Positions 34,513 through 45,796 of a DNA stretch of 64,000 nt are shown here, piece after piece. This stretch comes from an uncultured Hormoscilla sp. Its GTDB lineage: Bacteria; Cyanobacteriota; Cyanobacteriia; Cyanobacteriales; Desertifilaceae. Position 1 is the stretch's first letter; every line of letters begins with the position of its first letter. The position numbers were made by a program, and so were the translations under genes. Where the stretch lies: the NCBI GenBank assembly GCA_963921275.4, contig OZ001293.3, forward strand, positions 3,552,001 through 3,616,000, in the 5' to 3' direction. Under the pieces are notes generated by a model that was given only the letters and a program-made list of their open reading frames with translations, ran no database searches and was not told the DNA's origin.

Positions 34513-34962
34513 ATGGAAGATTTCAAAACAAGTCTGATGCTGAAGCGCCCCGTGCAAGTCAAGGCGATCGTCACTCCCCGCTGGAAGGAGGAAGTGCAAC
34601 AGCAACTGCAGAATCAAATAAACCAGATTGATAACCAACTGCAACAGCTGGAAATGCAAGGACAGCAGGCGATCGAGCAAGTTCAGCAGCAAAACTTCCA
34701 ACCTCTGAGTGCTCAAGCGAACCAACAAATTCAAAACATTCAAGGGCAGGTGAATCAAAATAAAAATCAACTGCTACAGCAGAAAAACAAAAGTCTGCAA
34801 CAGCTAAATCAATTGCAGACGCTGGAGTTGGAACAGGAGGTATCTCAAGGTCAAATCGACAGCTTCTTTGAAATCGAGAAAGGACAAAACATAATCGAAA
34901 AAATGCGAGTAGAAATAGTCCTGCGTGATGGTATCGTGGAAGAAATTCGCGGCGAACTATAG
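34513..34962 (+). CDS. YlqD family protein
   Basis: LKRPVQVKAIVTPRWKEE, Gln-rich coil, RDGIVEEIRG. Confidence 0.85.
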   Translation: MEDFKTSLMLKRPVQVKAIVTPRWKEEVQQQLQNQINQIDNQLQQLEMQGQQAIEQVQQQNFQPLSAQANQQIQNIQGQVNQNKNQLLQQKNKSLQQLNQLQTLELEQEVSQGQIDSFFEIEKGQNIIEKMRVEIVLRDGIVEEIRGEL

Positions 34963-35223
34963 TTTCAGCTCACGGCGAGCAGTCCTGAAGCAGTCCTGAC
35001 AGCCGTGAGCTATTAGCATCAGCGCTGTATTTAGAGAAAAGTAAGCAATTATTGCATTATTTATGCAAAATTATTGCATTGCTAAACCCATTAAGTACAA
35101 GGCTTTCAGCTTTTATATTATGCAATTTAATGGGGGACAGCTTAAATAGTAATCGTACATAAGCAGTGAGCAGTTATCAGCGAACAATGACAACTAACAA
35201 CCAACAACTAACAACAGCAGCTT

Positions 35224-36483
35224 ATGATTTATGAAGTATTTATGCCAGCCCTCAGCTCCACGATGACAGAAGGGAAGATTGTTTCCTGGGTAAAATCGGC
35301 AGGGGACAAGATAGAAAAAGGGGAAACGGTGGTAATAGTAGAGTCGGATAAGGCCGATATGGATGTGGAGTCCTTTTATGAGGGCTATCTGGCTACGATC
35401 GTTGTAGAAGCGGGTGGAGTAGCTCCGGTGGGAGAGGTGATCGCCCTAATAGCAGAAACGGAAGCGGAAATAGAAACGGCGCTACAGCAGGCGTCTAGTA
35501 AAGAATCTACTCCCCAAGCAATTGCTGCTACCTCGGTTACCGCTAGTCCCCAGACAGCAGCAGCGCCATTAGCGCCAACAGTTAGTCGCTCAAATGGCAG
35601 GGCGATCGTCTCTCCTCGAGCCCGGAAGCTAGCGAAGGAACTAAAAGTAGACTTGAGGACCCTCCAGGGTAGCGGTCCCCACGGGCGCATTGTCGCAGAG
35701 GACGTGCAAGCAGCAGCAGGAACTATCAAACCCTCCCCCCCAGCAGTGAGTGTTACCCCCACAGCTAAAGTTGCACCCGTACCAACAAAGGCGATCCCTC
35801 TAGCAACTCCCGGAGAGGTAGTACCCTTAAACACGCTGCAAAATGCCGTGCTGCGGAATATGATGGCGAGTTTGGAGGTGCCTACCTATCGAGTGGGTTA
35901 CACCATTACGACTGATAATTTGGACAAACTCTACAAGCAGATTAAGTCCAAGGGGGTGACGATGTCAGCGCTGCTAGGGAAAGCGGTAGCAGTCACCTTG
36001 CAGAAACATCCGGAGATCAATGCTCGCTATACAGACCAAGGGATTCAATATAATAGTGCGATTAACATTGCGGTAGCTGTAGCGATGCCCGATGGGGGTT
36101 TGATTACTCCCGTACTGCAAAATGCCGATGCGGTAGATATCTATTCCTTGTCTCGCAGTTGGAAGGGTTTGGTGGAACGGGCTAGGGCGAAGCAGTTGCA
36201 ACCAGAGGAGTACAATAGTGGCACCTTTACCCTATCTAATTTGGGCATGTTTGGGGTAGACCGATTTGATGCGATTTTACCACCCGATCAGGGGGCAATT
36301 CTGGCGATCGGAGCTTCCCGTGCGCAAGTAGTAGCCACGGAAGAGGGGTTAATAGGAGTGCGGCGACAGATGCAGGTGAACATGACTAGCGACCACCGAA
36401 TTATCTATGGTGCGCAGGCGGCGGCTTTCCTGCAAGATTTAGCGAAGTTGATGGAAACAGATCCACAATCCCTGACATTGTAG
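35224..36483 (+). CDS. pdhC: Pyruvate dehydrogenase E2 dihydrolipoamide acetyltransferase
   Basis: MPALSSTMTEG, ESDKA lipoyl site, SPRARKLA, DHRIIYGA. Confidence 0.95.
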   Translation: MIYEVFMPALSSTMTEGKIVSWVKSAGDKIEKGETVVIVESDKADMDVESFYEGYLATIVVEAGGVAPVGEVIALIAETEAEIETALQQASSKESTPQAIAATSVTASPQTAAAPLAPTVSRSNGRAIVSPRARKLAKELKVDLRTLQGSGPHGRIVAEDVQAAAGTIKPSPPAVSVTPTAKVAPVPTKAIPLATPGEVVPLNTLQNAVLRNMMASLEVPTYRVGYTITTDNLDKLYKQIKSKGVTMSALLGKAVAVTLQKHPEINARYTDQGIQYNSAINIAVAVAMPDGGLITPVLQNADAVDIYSLSRSWKGLVERARAKQLQPEEYNSGTFTLSNLGMFGVDRFDAILPPDQGAILAIGASRAQVVATEEGLIGVRRQMQVNMTSDHRIIYGAQAAAFLQDLAKLMETDPQSLTL

Positions 36484-36761
36484 ATGCTTGATGGTTGATT
36501 GCCACCAGCAATCAACCATGTCACGGTAGTGGTAAAGATGTAATAATTTGGCTACGGCAAATCGAGGGATCTGGCCTCTAAAATCATTACTTGTTTATCA
36601 CCACCCATGTCACGTCCAGAAATCCGGTTTTTACCGAAAACTGGGTTTATTATTCAAGCAGATCGAGATCCCGACCTCCACTGGCCAGCAGAAAAGAGTG
36701 AACTATCCTGATTCCGCTACTCGCCCTGAGCAATGTGTATTCTAGAAGTAGTAGCCAATAG

Positions 36762-37151
36762 GTGATTGAGATGAAAGCTTTGCAAGTTGTTGGCATAGCA
36801 GGCGGTGCGGCTTTAATTGGACTGGGGGCGGCGATGGCGATGAATAATCCTGGCCGGACTGCCTATGAGGAGTTTGCAACTCAGCAGTTGTCGGCCTATG
36901 TGCAAGAAAATGTTTGTACCCAGGGAGAAGCATCCTTTGGGGAAATTTTACAGGCTCCATGCAAAAAACTGGTGAAGTCCCTACAGTCGCAGTTACATAC
37001 AATTATCGCTGAAAATACTGAGCGGAATAATTGGGGGTTGTTCAGCATCTATAAAACCGAATTGTACCTGGCAGATTTCTGGCCTAGCTATGAGTTTGGC
37101 ACTGTAGGAGTTTTGGGAAATTTATATATCTACAAGACCGAGGAAAAGTAA
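36762..37151 (+). CDS. DUF4359-like protein
   Basis: N-terminal TM, NPGRTAYEEFA, T.RNNWGLFSIYKT. Confidence 0.7.
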   Translation: MIEMKALQVVGIAGGAALIGLGAAMAMNNPGRTAYEEFATQQLSAYVQENVCTQGEASFGEILQAPCKKLVKSLQSQLHTIIAENTERNNWGLFSIYKTELYLADFWPSYEFGTVGVLGNLYIYKTEEK

Positions 37152-37364
37152 ATAGCTGTGGCAGACATACCCCAGAAACCCGGTTTTTCCAAAAAACCGG
37201 GTTTCTTAATTTAAGCCGATCGAACTCCCGTGATATACTGCGGAACGACGCCGTGCCTCCTGGGAGCTTGATGTCTCCCGGGAGCGCTAGCGCACTACCC
37301 GAGAGACATCATACTCGCACTACCCAGGAGACACGGCAGCCTCCTCTAGCAGTGGTTCATCGCC

Positions 37365-39281
37365 ATGACTATCTGTGTAAATCCGGAATGCCTTAGCCCC
37401 CAAAACTCCCAAACTAGCAGAATTTGTGCCAGTTGTGGATCGCCCCTATTGCTCAAGGAACGGTATCGGCCTATACAAAAGTGGCATGTAGGTGGGCGTG
37501 GCGGGATTATTTAACCTAAGTTGCGACCTATTAAAAAAAATATGAATTACCCACTTAGACTTTACAGATATTTGGGATATTTCGTAGCTTTTGATACAAA
37601 ATTATATTTTTTTTGTGCTAGACGGCGGGTTGGCTGTTTATAGGTTATAATGTACTAAAATAATAGTTAATTGCTGGGGGATGTAGATGATGGAAGATAT
37701 GATTACAACAATTTTTGTTCTTTGTGACGAGCTACTAAAAGCGTTAAATATAAAAGAAGATCCACAAGTAAAAATGAACAATGCCGAAGTGATGACAGTC
37801 GGATTAGTTGCTGCATATTTTTTCGGAGGACACCACGATCGCTCTTGTCAATTTATGGTCCAACACAAGTATATAAAAAATCTGTTAAGTAAAAGTAGGT
37901 TCAATCGTCGATTACACAATATTGAGGAACCAATTTGGATGTTTTTCTTCCAAGTTATAGCTCAAACATTTAAAGAGCTCAATCCGGGTCAAGAATATAT
38001 TCTTGATAGTTTCCCGGTGCCAGTATGTGATAATATTAGGATTGATAGATGCCAAATTTATAACAAGGAAGAATATCGAGGGTATATTGCCAGTAAAAAA
38101 CGTTATTTTTATGGATTAAGAGTTCATATGTTGGTAAACAAAAATGGAAAGCCAATAGAATTTTATCTAGATCCTGGTAGTTATAATGATTTTAAAGTTT
38201 TGCAATCTTTTGGCTTTGACTTACCATCAAATTCAATAGTTTATGGAGATAAAGCTTATAATGATTATCAATTAGAGGATTTACTAAAAGAGTCGTCAAG
38301 TATAATGTTAAAACCTTTGCGAAAAAAGAACTCAAAAAGAAAAGAATCTTCTTGTTTTGAATATATACAAAAAGTAACAAGAAAACAAGTTGAAACCTGT
38401 TTTAGTCGAATCACCAATTTGTTTCCCAAGTCAATTCATGCTGTTACATCTAAGGGATTAGAGTTGAAAATAATTCTCTTTATAATAGCTTTTTGTATCC
38501 AATTTTTATAGGTCGCAACTTGAGTTATTTACTGCCAGAAAACCAAGTCAGCGATGCCCTGGGTCGCATCCTGGATAAGTTATTACAAGATTCCCTCACA
38601 AAGCGCTATTAAACTGCTTCAGAAGTTTTAGAAGTGCTGAGGCCACCACAAGCAATAGGGAAACCTGCCCCAAAAGCAATCCGCAAAGTCTCCCAGAGAC
38701 CGCCTCAACCGGTGTCCCCTAATCACCTGCTAACGACAGTTACCTATGTCAAAAACTTGCTGAAACCTCTAGAAAATGAGGTTTTACCTTCCTCGTCCGG
38801 GCTTGATTACAGTAGGTTAGCTTCATTACTGGCATGGAAGCGATGGCAAGCTGCCGATCTGGAAACCTGGACAATGCTGTCTCAGGCGTCAGGTAAGGGA
38901 CTGAGGGGCTATCTCTTGGCCGGAGATATTCAGAAGATCCCCTGCGATGATTTGCAGGCGATCTACCAGTTGTGGGTGAAGTCCAGCGGCGGGCGCTTTG
39001 GCTTCACCGTGCAAGCACGGATTTATGGAGAGGTGGGTGAGGACTACGTGAGTTTTTGCGATCGGGTGGGATGGCCGGTCCACCAACCTCATAACTCTAA
39101 CAGGGGGCTGCGATTTAACTTGCGCACGCCCGCAGGACATCTGCCCTCACGAGTTTGGGTGGGGGGCGTGAAACAGTGGAATCATGTCCAGGCGATGGTA
39201 GCCAAATTGACAAAATGTGGGATTGTCCTAATCCCGATGGGTAAATCTCCCCATTTTCAATATTTTCATTCTAGAAATTAA
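37365..39281 (+). pseudogene. Ser/Thr kinase-GUN4 domain gene, kinase core deleted and IS-interrupted
   Basis: 4-Cys prefix CVNPEC...CASCG..LLLKERY; kinase tail ILDKLL..KRY*; GUN4 DYSRL..WQAADLET..SGGRFGFTVQ..GHLP. Confidence 0.8.
37514..38525 (+). mobile_element. IS982-family element copy 2 (transposase 37687-38511)
   Basis: Near identical to copy 1; TSD TATTTA. Confidence 0.9.
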
Positions 39282-39510
39282 TTTCAGTTGTCGCCCCGAT
39301 CGGGGCGTCAGAATAGCGGTATTTCATGCCCCGATCGCCTGCCTGGGGAAAAGTTCGCAGTTTATTGCTATTAATTCCTAGTTTACCAAAAAATAGGGTT
39401 GACGTATCGGGAAAGAAAGTATTAAGTTGAAGAAGCAAGGGATTGAGACCCGTTCCCAGGCAGAGCCGTGGGAACGAGGGGTCGGTCCGACAGCAAGAGA
39501 GGAGAACACC

Positions 39511-40059
39511 ATGCCAGAAACTCAAACCATAATCGGCGCTTTCGATCGGGTGGGTGACAATCCGGTGTTACTGGATAAATCAGTGACAGTGCCCGTCTGT
39601 GAAGGATTAAACGTAGCCCTGTCGAGTTTTCAAGCGCTTTACCTGCAATATCAAAAACATCATTTTGTAGTAGATGGTGCCGAATTCTACTCGCTGCACG
39701 AGTTCTTTAATGAAAGCTATGAAGAAGTACTCGAACATGTCCACGATCTAGCAGAACGATTGAATGGACTGGGGGGCACGCCAGCAGCAAGCTTTAGCAA
39801 GTTAGCGGAATTATGTTGCTTTGAACCAGAAGCAGATGGCATCTATAGCTGCCGCGCGATGGTGGAACATGACCTGCAAGCAGAACAAGCGATTATCCAA
39901 ATGATTCGGCGGATGGCAGCACAGGCGGAAAGTCTGGGCGATCGGGCGACTCGTTACATGTATGAAAAAATCCTGATGGAGACCGAAGATCGGGCATTTC
40001 ATCTGGATAACTTCCTGGCCTCGGATAGCCTAACATTGGGCTTTGTGCAAGCAAAGTGA
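39511..40059 (+). CDS. dps: Dps family ferritin-like protein
   Basis: [39 protein letters not shown]. Confidence 0.92.
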   Translation: MPETQTIIGAFDRVGDNPVLLDKSVTVPVCEGLNVALSSFQALYLQYQKHHFVVDGAEFYSLHEFFNESYEEVLEHVHDLAERLNGLGGTPAASFSKLAELCCFEPEADGIYSCRAMVEHDLQAEQAIIQMIRRMAAQAESLGDRATRYMYEKILMETEDRAFHLDNFLASDSLTLGFVQAK

Positions 40060-40217
40060 GACCCATACCCCTCCCCCACCCTAAAGGGTGGGGCTACAGG
40101 AACGAAGCCCGCCTGCGCGGGCTTGAGAAAAATAGATGCTAGGAAAAATATATAATTAATTAAGAAAAAAGTTGAGGGCAGATGGGTAAGATAAATAAAA
40201 GCTTAAAATAGTAGGAA

Positions 40218-40922
40218 TTGAAAGTTAGATCGGCTTATATATTAGTATCTCACGGTAGTCGAGATCGGCGTCCCCAGCTGGCTATGGCAAAACTAGGTCA
40301 GCTACTATCGGATAAACTGGGTGTAGAGGTGGGTACGGCGACCTTAGAACTGGGGCCGCTGCCTTTGCACGCCCAAATTTGTGAATTGGCCAACAGGGCG
40401 ATCGCAGTTGGGTGCAAGCAGCTAAAGCTGTTGCCCCTGTTTCTGTTACCGGGAGTTCACGTCATGGAAGATATTCCCGCAGCAGTGGCGCTGGCCCAGC
40501 AAGCTTTGGGTAACCGAATGGCGATCGAGATCCGCCCCTACTTGGGAAGTCATGGGGGACTAGAACAGTTGCTAGCAACCCAGCAGCAGGAATTACTGGC
40601 AGATGCCTGGATTCTACTGTCTCACGGTAGTCGCTGCGTGGGTGGCAATCAACCTGTTCTTGAGATGGCAAGCAAGTTGTCCGCAATGGCTGCTTACTGG
40701 TCGCCTCAGCCCACTCTAGAGTCGAGCATAGCAGAATTAGCCGCAGCTGGGGCAGCATCGATTGGGATTTTGCCTTACTTTTTGTTTGCTGGAGGGATTA
40801 CAGAGGCGATCGCCTGGCGGGTGAGACAACTGCTTTTTGAGTTTCCGACAGTGCAACTAAAGCTGGGCAAACCGATAGAGGCCAGTGTAGAATTAGCAGA
40901 TTTGATTTTGGAACTAATCTAA
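40218..40922 (+). CDS. Sirohydrochlorin chelatase (CbiX/SirB family)
   Basis: SHGSRD, PLFLLPGVHVMEDIP, second HGSR, PYFLFAG. Confidence 0.88.
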   Translation: MKVRSAYILVSHGSRDRRPQLAMAKLGQLLSDKLGVEVGTATLELGPLPLHAQICELANRAIAVGCKQLKLLPLFLLPGVHVMEDIPAAVALAQQALGNRMAIEIRPYLGSHGGLEQLLATQQQELLADAWILLSHGSRCVGGNQPVLEMASKLSAMAAYWSPQPTLESSIAELAAAGAASIGILPYFLFAGGITEAIAWRVRQLLFEFPTVQLKLGKPIEASVELADLILELI

Positions 40923-41662
40923 TGGTGGGTAAGGTCTATTTGGTGGGTGCTGGACCAGGGGACTCGGGATTAATGACTCTTAAGGGGAAGGGACTGCTGC
41001 AATGTGCGGATGTGGTGGTCTATGATGCCTTGGTTAGCGACTCGATCTTGGCAATGATTAATCCCGAGGCCGAAAAAATTCATGCGGGTAAGCGTCGGGG
41101 ACGACATTCTTTATTACAGTCCGAGACGACTCAGCTATTAATTGCCAAAGCGCAGAATCACGCGATCGTGGTGCGCCTGAAAGGGGGCGATCCCTTTATG
41201 TTTGGGCGGGGCGGGGAGGAGATGGAAGATTTAATTGCTGCTGGGGTGCCTGTGGAAGTGGTGCCCGGAGTGACTTCTGGCATTGCTGCCCCTGCTTATG
41301 CGGGCATTCCTCTGACCCATCGCCATTATAGTTCTTCGGTAACTTTTGTTACGGGTCACGAGGCTGCGGGCAAGTATCGACCAGAGGTGAATTGGCAGGC
41401 GATCTGCCAGGGTTCAGAAACGATTGTCATCTACATGGGGATTCACAATTTGGGGCAAATTGTTGGCTTACTGATGGCTGCTGGGTCGAGTGGGCAAACC
41501 CCGATCGCCTTAGTGCGCTGGGGGACTCGACCGGATCAAGAAGTGTTAATCGCTACTCTGGAGACTGTGATGGTGCGAGTCGAATCAACGGAATTTACTG
41601 CGCCCGCGATCGCCGTTATTGGTAATATCGTTAACCTGCATAGTATCCTATCAGGTGGCTAA
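40922..41662 (+). CDS. cobA: Uroporphyrinogen-III C-methyltransferase
   Basis: VYLVGAGPGD, RLKGGDPFMFGRGGEE, GIPLTHR. Confidence 0.95.
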   Translation: MVGKVYLVGAGPGDSGLMTLKGKGLLQCADVVVYDALVSDSILAMINPEAEKIHAGKRRGRHSLLQSETTQLLIAKAQNHAIVVRLKGGDPFMFGRGGEEMEDLIAAGVPVEVVPGVTSGIAAPAYAGIPLTHRHYSSSVTFVTGHEAAGKYRPEVNWQAICQGSETIVIYMGIHNLGQIVGLLMAAGSSGQTPIALVRWGTRPDQEVLIATLETVMVRVESTEFTAPAIAVIGNIVNLHSILSGG

Positions 41663-41708
41663 TTTAACCAAGTAAAAAGTAGTGGGCACTGCCCACCGGA
41701 GAAAAAGA

Positions 41709-42827
41709 ATGCTCAAACGAATCTATATCGACAATTTCCGATGTCTTGTCAATTTTGAACTGTCTGTTGACGGGATTAATTTGTTTCTCGGACCTAATGG
41801 GACTGGGAAGTCAGCTGTTTTCGACGTGCTGCGAAAAATCCAAGAATTTGTCCGAGGTAGGAAGGTAATGCATTATATTTTTAATGCCGATGATTGTACG
41901 CGCTGGCAGACATCTTCCATCAAACGCTTCGAGTTAGAAATTGAAGGGAATGGGGGAACTTACAAATATGAGCTTTTTCTGGAACACGAACAGGATCTCG
42001 AAAAAAAATATATTTTTGTTAAACAGGAACGGTTATTTTTTGATAACCAAATTTTGCTGAAAGTTGAGTATGGGGAAGTAGAATTGTACCATGAAGATAG
42101 CTCTGGATATATGTTGCAGCAGTTTTCCTTAAACATGACTCAGTCAGTGCTACCTTTAATAAGGCCTACAAAACGGACGATTAAAATGAATAGGTCCAAA
42201 GAAATAATCGCTCGTTTCATCATTGTTAAAATTCACCCAACCCTAATGTATAATGGGAGTTATGGTGATCCGCACTTAGATGCCAGGATGGAAAACTTCG
42301 TTTCTTGGTATCGCGACATGTCTCAGGATCAGAGCAAAATTATTCAACTGACGAATGAGTTAAAAGAAATTTTAGATGGCTTCGCGTATTTCAAATTTGC
42401 TGGGAGAGGTAGAAAAAAGCGAATCCTCAAGTTGTATTTTTCCAGAGAAGGCGATCGGGAAGAATACATTGAATATGACTTTGGGGAACTTTCTGATGGT
42501 CAGCGCGTACTAATCGCTCTCTACTCGCTAATCTACTGCATCCAGTCTGAGGATTATACCCTCTGCATTGACGAACCAGAAAACTTTTTGGCTTTACCAG
42601 AGATCCAACCTTGGTTGATGCAACTTTATGACTTTTGTAGCGAAGTAAAAACTCAAGCTTTACTGATCTCGCACCACCCTGAGTTGATTGATATGTTGGC
42701 ATCATCAGTAGGTTATTGGTTCGATCGCGAAAGTAACAGTCCCGTCCGCGTAAAACGAATTAAAGATGATAAAGAGACTGGACTTCCCATTTCCGAGTTG
42801 GTAGCGCGGGGGTGGCTCTATGACTAA
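41709..42827 (+). CDS. ABC-class AAA_15/AAA_21-like ATPase
   Basis: IDNFRCL, GPNGTGKS, LSDGQR, IDEPENFL, SHHP. Confidence 0.88.
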   Translation: MLKRIYIDNFRCLVNFELSVDGINLFLGPNGTGKSAVFDVLRKIQEFVRGRKVMHYIFNADDCTRWQTSSIKRFELEIEGNGGTYKYELFLEHEQDLEKKYIFVKQERLFFDNQILLKVEYGEVELYHEDSSGYMLQQFSLNMTQSVLPLIRPTKRTIKMNRSKEIIARFIIVKIHPTLMYNGSYGDPHLDARMENFVSWYRDMSQDQSKIIQLTNELKEILDGFAYFKFAGRGRKKRILKLYFSREGDREEYIEYDFGELSDGQRVLIALYSLIYCIQSEDYTLCIDEPENFLALPEIQPWLMQLYDFCSEVKTQALLISHHPELIDMLASSVGYWFDRESNSPVRVKRIKDDKETGLPISELVARGWLYD

Positions 42828-43368
42828 GCGGAAGGTAAGAATTACCATACTATGTGAAGATATTCAACAGCAAGTATTTGCCCGCTATTTTCTGATCGGT
42901 AGAGGCTTTCATTCCCGCAAAATTAGACTATTACCTCTTCCTGAAGGAAAAGGCTCCGGAGAAAAATATGTCCGAGAAAATTATCCGGCACAGGTTAAGA
43001 GCTATAGGAGCAAATCTATCGATGAGTCAGTTGGTTTGGTAGTGTTGATTAATGCCGATAGAATGACGGTAACCGATCGTCTACATCAGTTAGACACAGC
43101 CCTTGTGGAAGACTCGCAAGCCAGACGCCAAGAGGACGAACGAATTGCTATATTCGTGCCGAAAAGAAATATCGAAACTTGGATATACTATTTACAGGGA
43201 GAAACTGTTGATGAAGAAACAGCCTATCCCAAACTGCTGCGAGAGAGCGATTGCAAGTCCGATGTTGAAGAATTAGTGCAGCAATGTCCTCGCGGACTGG
43301 ATGAAAAGGCTCCCCGATCGCTCCACATGGCCTGCGATGAGTTACAAATAATTCTCCCAGCTTCTTAG
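42820..43368 (+). CDS. Hypothetical ATPase partner, TOPRIM-like
   Basis: ILCED, VVLINAD, RNIETW; overlaps ATPase stop. Confidence 0.65.
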   Translation: MTKRKVRITILCEDIQQQVFARYFLIGRGFHSRKIRLLPLPEGKGSGEKYVRENYPAQVKSYRSKSIDESVGLVVLINADRMTVTDRLHQLDTALVEDSQARRQEDERIAIFVPKRNIETWIYYLQGETVDEETAYPKLLRESDCKSDVEELVQQCPRGLDEKAPRSLHMACDELQIILPAS

Positions 43369-43374
43369 CATCTT

Positions 43375-43448
43375 GTAGGTTGGGTTGAGGTTCCTTACCC
43401 AACAGCCCCAACGCATGTTGGGTTTCCCTGGGGCTCAACCCAACCTAC
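43375..43448. repeat. GTAG-type REP inverted doublet
   Basis: GTAGGTTGGGTTGAG...CTCAACCCAACCTAC; relatives at 8789-8818 and 9580-9609. Confidence 0.85.
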
Positions 43449-43595
43449 TCACGTTAAAAATAAAACGGTAGGGTTGACAAAAGCCCTATTTTTCGGGCCG
43501 TCCGCGGACCGATCGCCAGTTATCATGGTAGAGTGCCAGCAAGGGGTGGCGATCGCCAGTAAAGAGGACCGTGCTGCAAATTTCCACCAGAATAG

Positions 43596-44720
43596 ATGCC
43601 AGCATCAGCTAAAACTAGCACCATGCAACATTACCTAGATTATATTTCCATCAAGGGCTTCCGGAGTATCTGGGAGATCCAGAAGCTAAAACTACGCCCC
43701 ATCAATATATTGATCGGGGCTAACGGGTCGGGAAAATCTAACTTTGTGGAAGTATTTTCCTTCTTAAATGCTATTCGTTGTGGTAAGTTAAGAAATTATA
43801 CAGCCCAAAGAGGTGGAGCAGATACAATCTTGCACTTTGGCTCGAAAGTTACACCAGAAATAGAAATAGAAATTTCGTTTAACTCGCAGGTTAACGGGTA
43901 TCAAATATTGTTAGGATCAACAGATATCGATGAACTTTATATCAAAGATGAACGCTGTTGGTTTTGGCGTAAACAATACCCAGGACAATACTACTATTGG
44001 ATCTTAAATGCGGTGAACGGTGAAGCTGGCATTAGTCAACCTGGTCCAAGGATTACCAGTTGGGTGCAGTCACGTCTCGATCGTTTGCGAATTTATCACT
44101 TTCACGATACGAGCAAACAGTCACCCATGAAACGACTTGCAGATGTTAATGATAATTATTTTTTGCGTTCGGATGGCTCAAATCTTCCTGCTTATTTACT
44201 TCTCTTAAGAGAACAAAATCCGTCTAGTTATCGTTTGATACGCAATACAGTGCGAAGGGTAGCACCTTTTTTATATGACTTTCAATTAGCTCCCTTGCGT
44301 CGCAATCAAAATAAAATTCGCCTAGAATGGATGCACAAACTCTCAGACCAATACTTTGATGTTTCGTCTCTATCTGATGGGACATTACGCTTCATTTGTC
44401 TGGCGACCTTATTACTGCAACCTACCCAAAAACGCCCTTCTCCTATCATTTTAGATGAACCCGAACTGGGTTTACATCCTTATGCGATTACGATGTTGGC
44501 AAGCATGGTAAAAGCTGCTGCTACAAAAACTCAGATTATTATTTCTACACAATCACCCCTGCTTCTCGATCATTTTGAACCAGAAGATATTTTGGTCACA
44601 GAATTAGAAGATGGGGCCACAACTCTCACTCGTTTGCAATCTAGTGAGTTAGAAGCATGGCTGGAAGACTATAGCTTGGGACAACTTTGGGAAAAAAATC
44701 AATTTGGTGGCAGACCTTAA
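43596..44720 (+). CDS. ABC-class AAA ATPase
   Basis: IKGFRSI, GANGSGKSN, YHFHDTS, LSDGTLRF, LDEPELGLHP, STQSP. Confidence 0.9.
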   Translation: MPASAKTSTMQHYLDYISIKGFRSIWEIQKLKLRPINILIGANGSGKSNFVEVFSFLNAIRCGKLRNYTAQRGGADTILHFGSKVTPEIEIEISFNSQVNGYQILLGSTDIDELYIKDERCWFWRKQYPGQYYYWILNAVNGEAGISQPGPRITSWVQSRLDRLRIYHFHDTSKQSPMKRLADVNDNYFLRSDGSNLPAYLLLLREQNPSSYRLIRNTVRRVAPFLYDFQLAPLRRNQNKIRLEWMHKLSDQYFDVSSLSDGTLRFICLATLLLQPTQKRPSPIILDEPELGLHPYAITMLASMVKAAATKTQIIISTQSPLLLDHFEPEDILVTELEDGATTLTRLQSSELEAWLEDYSLGQLWEKNQFGGRP

Positions 44721-44721
44721 C

Positions 44722-45420
44722 ATGGTTAGATTGTTGGTACTCGTAGAAGGAGAAACAGAAGAAACTTTTGTTAATGAAGTTTTGGCTTCGCATCTTTATA
44801 AGAAAGGATTTCATACAGTTAGCGCTAAGTTGATGGGTAATGCCCGCAAGCGCGATCGAAGGGGTGGAATTAAAAGGTGGCCCGGAGTGTGTAAAGAAAT
44901 TATCTAACATCTTAATAGAGATAGATCCATATATGTGTCAACAATGGTAGATTACTATGCTTTACCAGGAGGAAAAAATAATCCAAATGCATGGCCAGGG
45001 CGATTCCAAGCGAGTTGTTTAGAGTTTGACAATAAGGCTCAACATATTGAAGCAGAACTACAGCAAGATATTGCCGCTAAAATGAATACAAAACGATTTA
45101 TTCCATATATCATTATGCATGAGTTTGAGGGGTTACTGTTTAGTAACTGCAAGCAGTTTGCTAGGAGTATCGTTCGGGAGGACTTAGCCACTAAGTTTCA
45201 AAACATTCGCGATCGATACTCCTCTCCAGAAGAGATTAATGATTCTCCCGAAACTCATTTATCTCAAAGAATTAAAACCTTGATGCCAGAGTACCAAAAG
45301 TTTCTACATGGTAACTTGGCAGCGATTGATATTGGACTTGAGACTTTTCGCACAGAATGTCCAGGATTTTGGCGTTGGTTAGAGAAAATAGAATCCTTAT
45401 CTAAAGACGATATAATTTGA
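44722..45420 (+). pseudogene. DUF4276-like TOPRIM protein with internal stop
   Basis: VLVEGETEE, STMVDYYALP, HEFEGLLFS, PEEINDSPET; in-frame TAA at 44905-44907. Confidence 0.8.
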
Positions 45421-45532
45421 ATCATAAGACTGTAGCATTACAGGTGGGTCTGGTGTAATATGCTTCCGATGACGGATGACCTACTGGACAAGCTGCTGTT
45501 GTTTGACTGAGTAGGATAATTAATTTGTACCA

Positions 45533-45796
45533 GGGCAAATATGCTTTGAGCAGAAAATATTTGCTTTGCAGTCAAGTAAATATGCTTTACGGTCCAGCAA
45601 ACATGCTTTGTAGCAGAGCAAATATGCTTTGTGACAGTAAAAAATATGCTTTGTAGCAGAAAAAATATGCTTTGGGCCAGAGCAAATATGCTTTGGATCA
45701 GAAAAAATATGCTTTCAAGAAAATATGCTTTGCGGTCAAAAAAATATGCTTTGGATCACAGCAAATATGCTTTGCGACAGGGCAAATATGATTTGA
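45533..45796. repeat. ~21-bp tandem array, about 13 units with core AAATATGCTTTG
   Basis: Conserved 12-mer separated by mostly 9-10 variable nt. Confidence 0.92.

Noticed and set aside
39427..39510. N-terminal extension of Dps
   Set aside because: Derived from a palindromic repeat; a strong RBS precedes ATG 39511
45533..45796. CRISPR array
   Set aside because: Repeat of 12 nt and spacers of about 9 nt are far too short, linkers recur, and no cas genes are present
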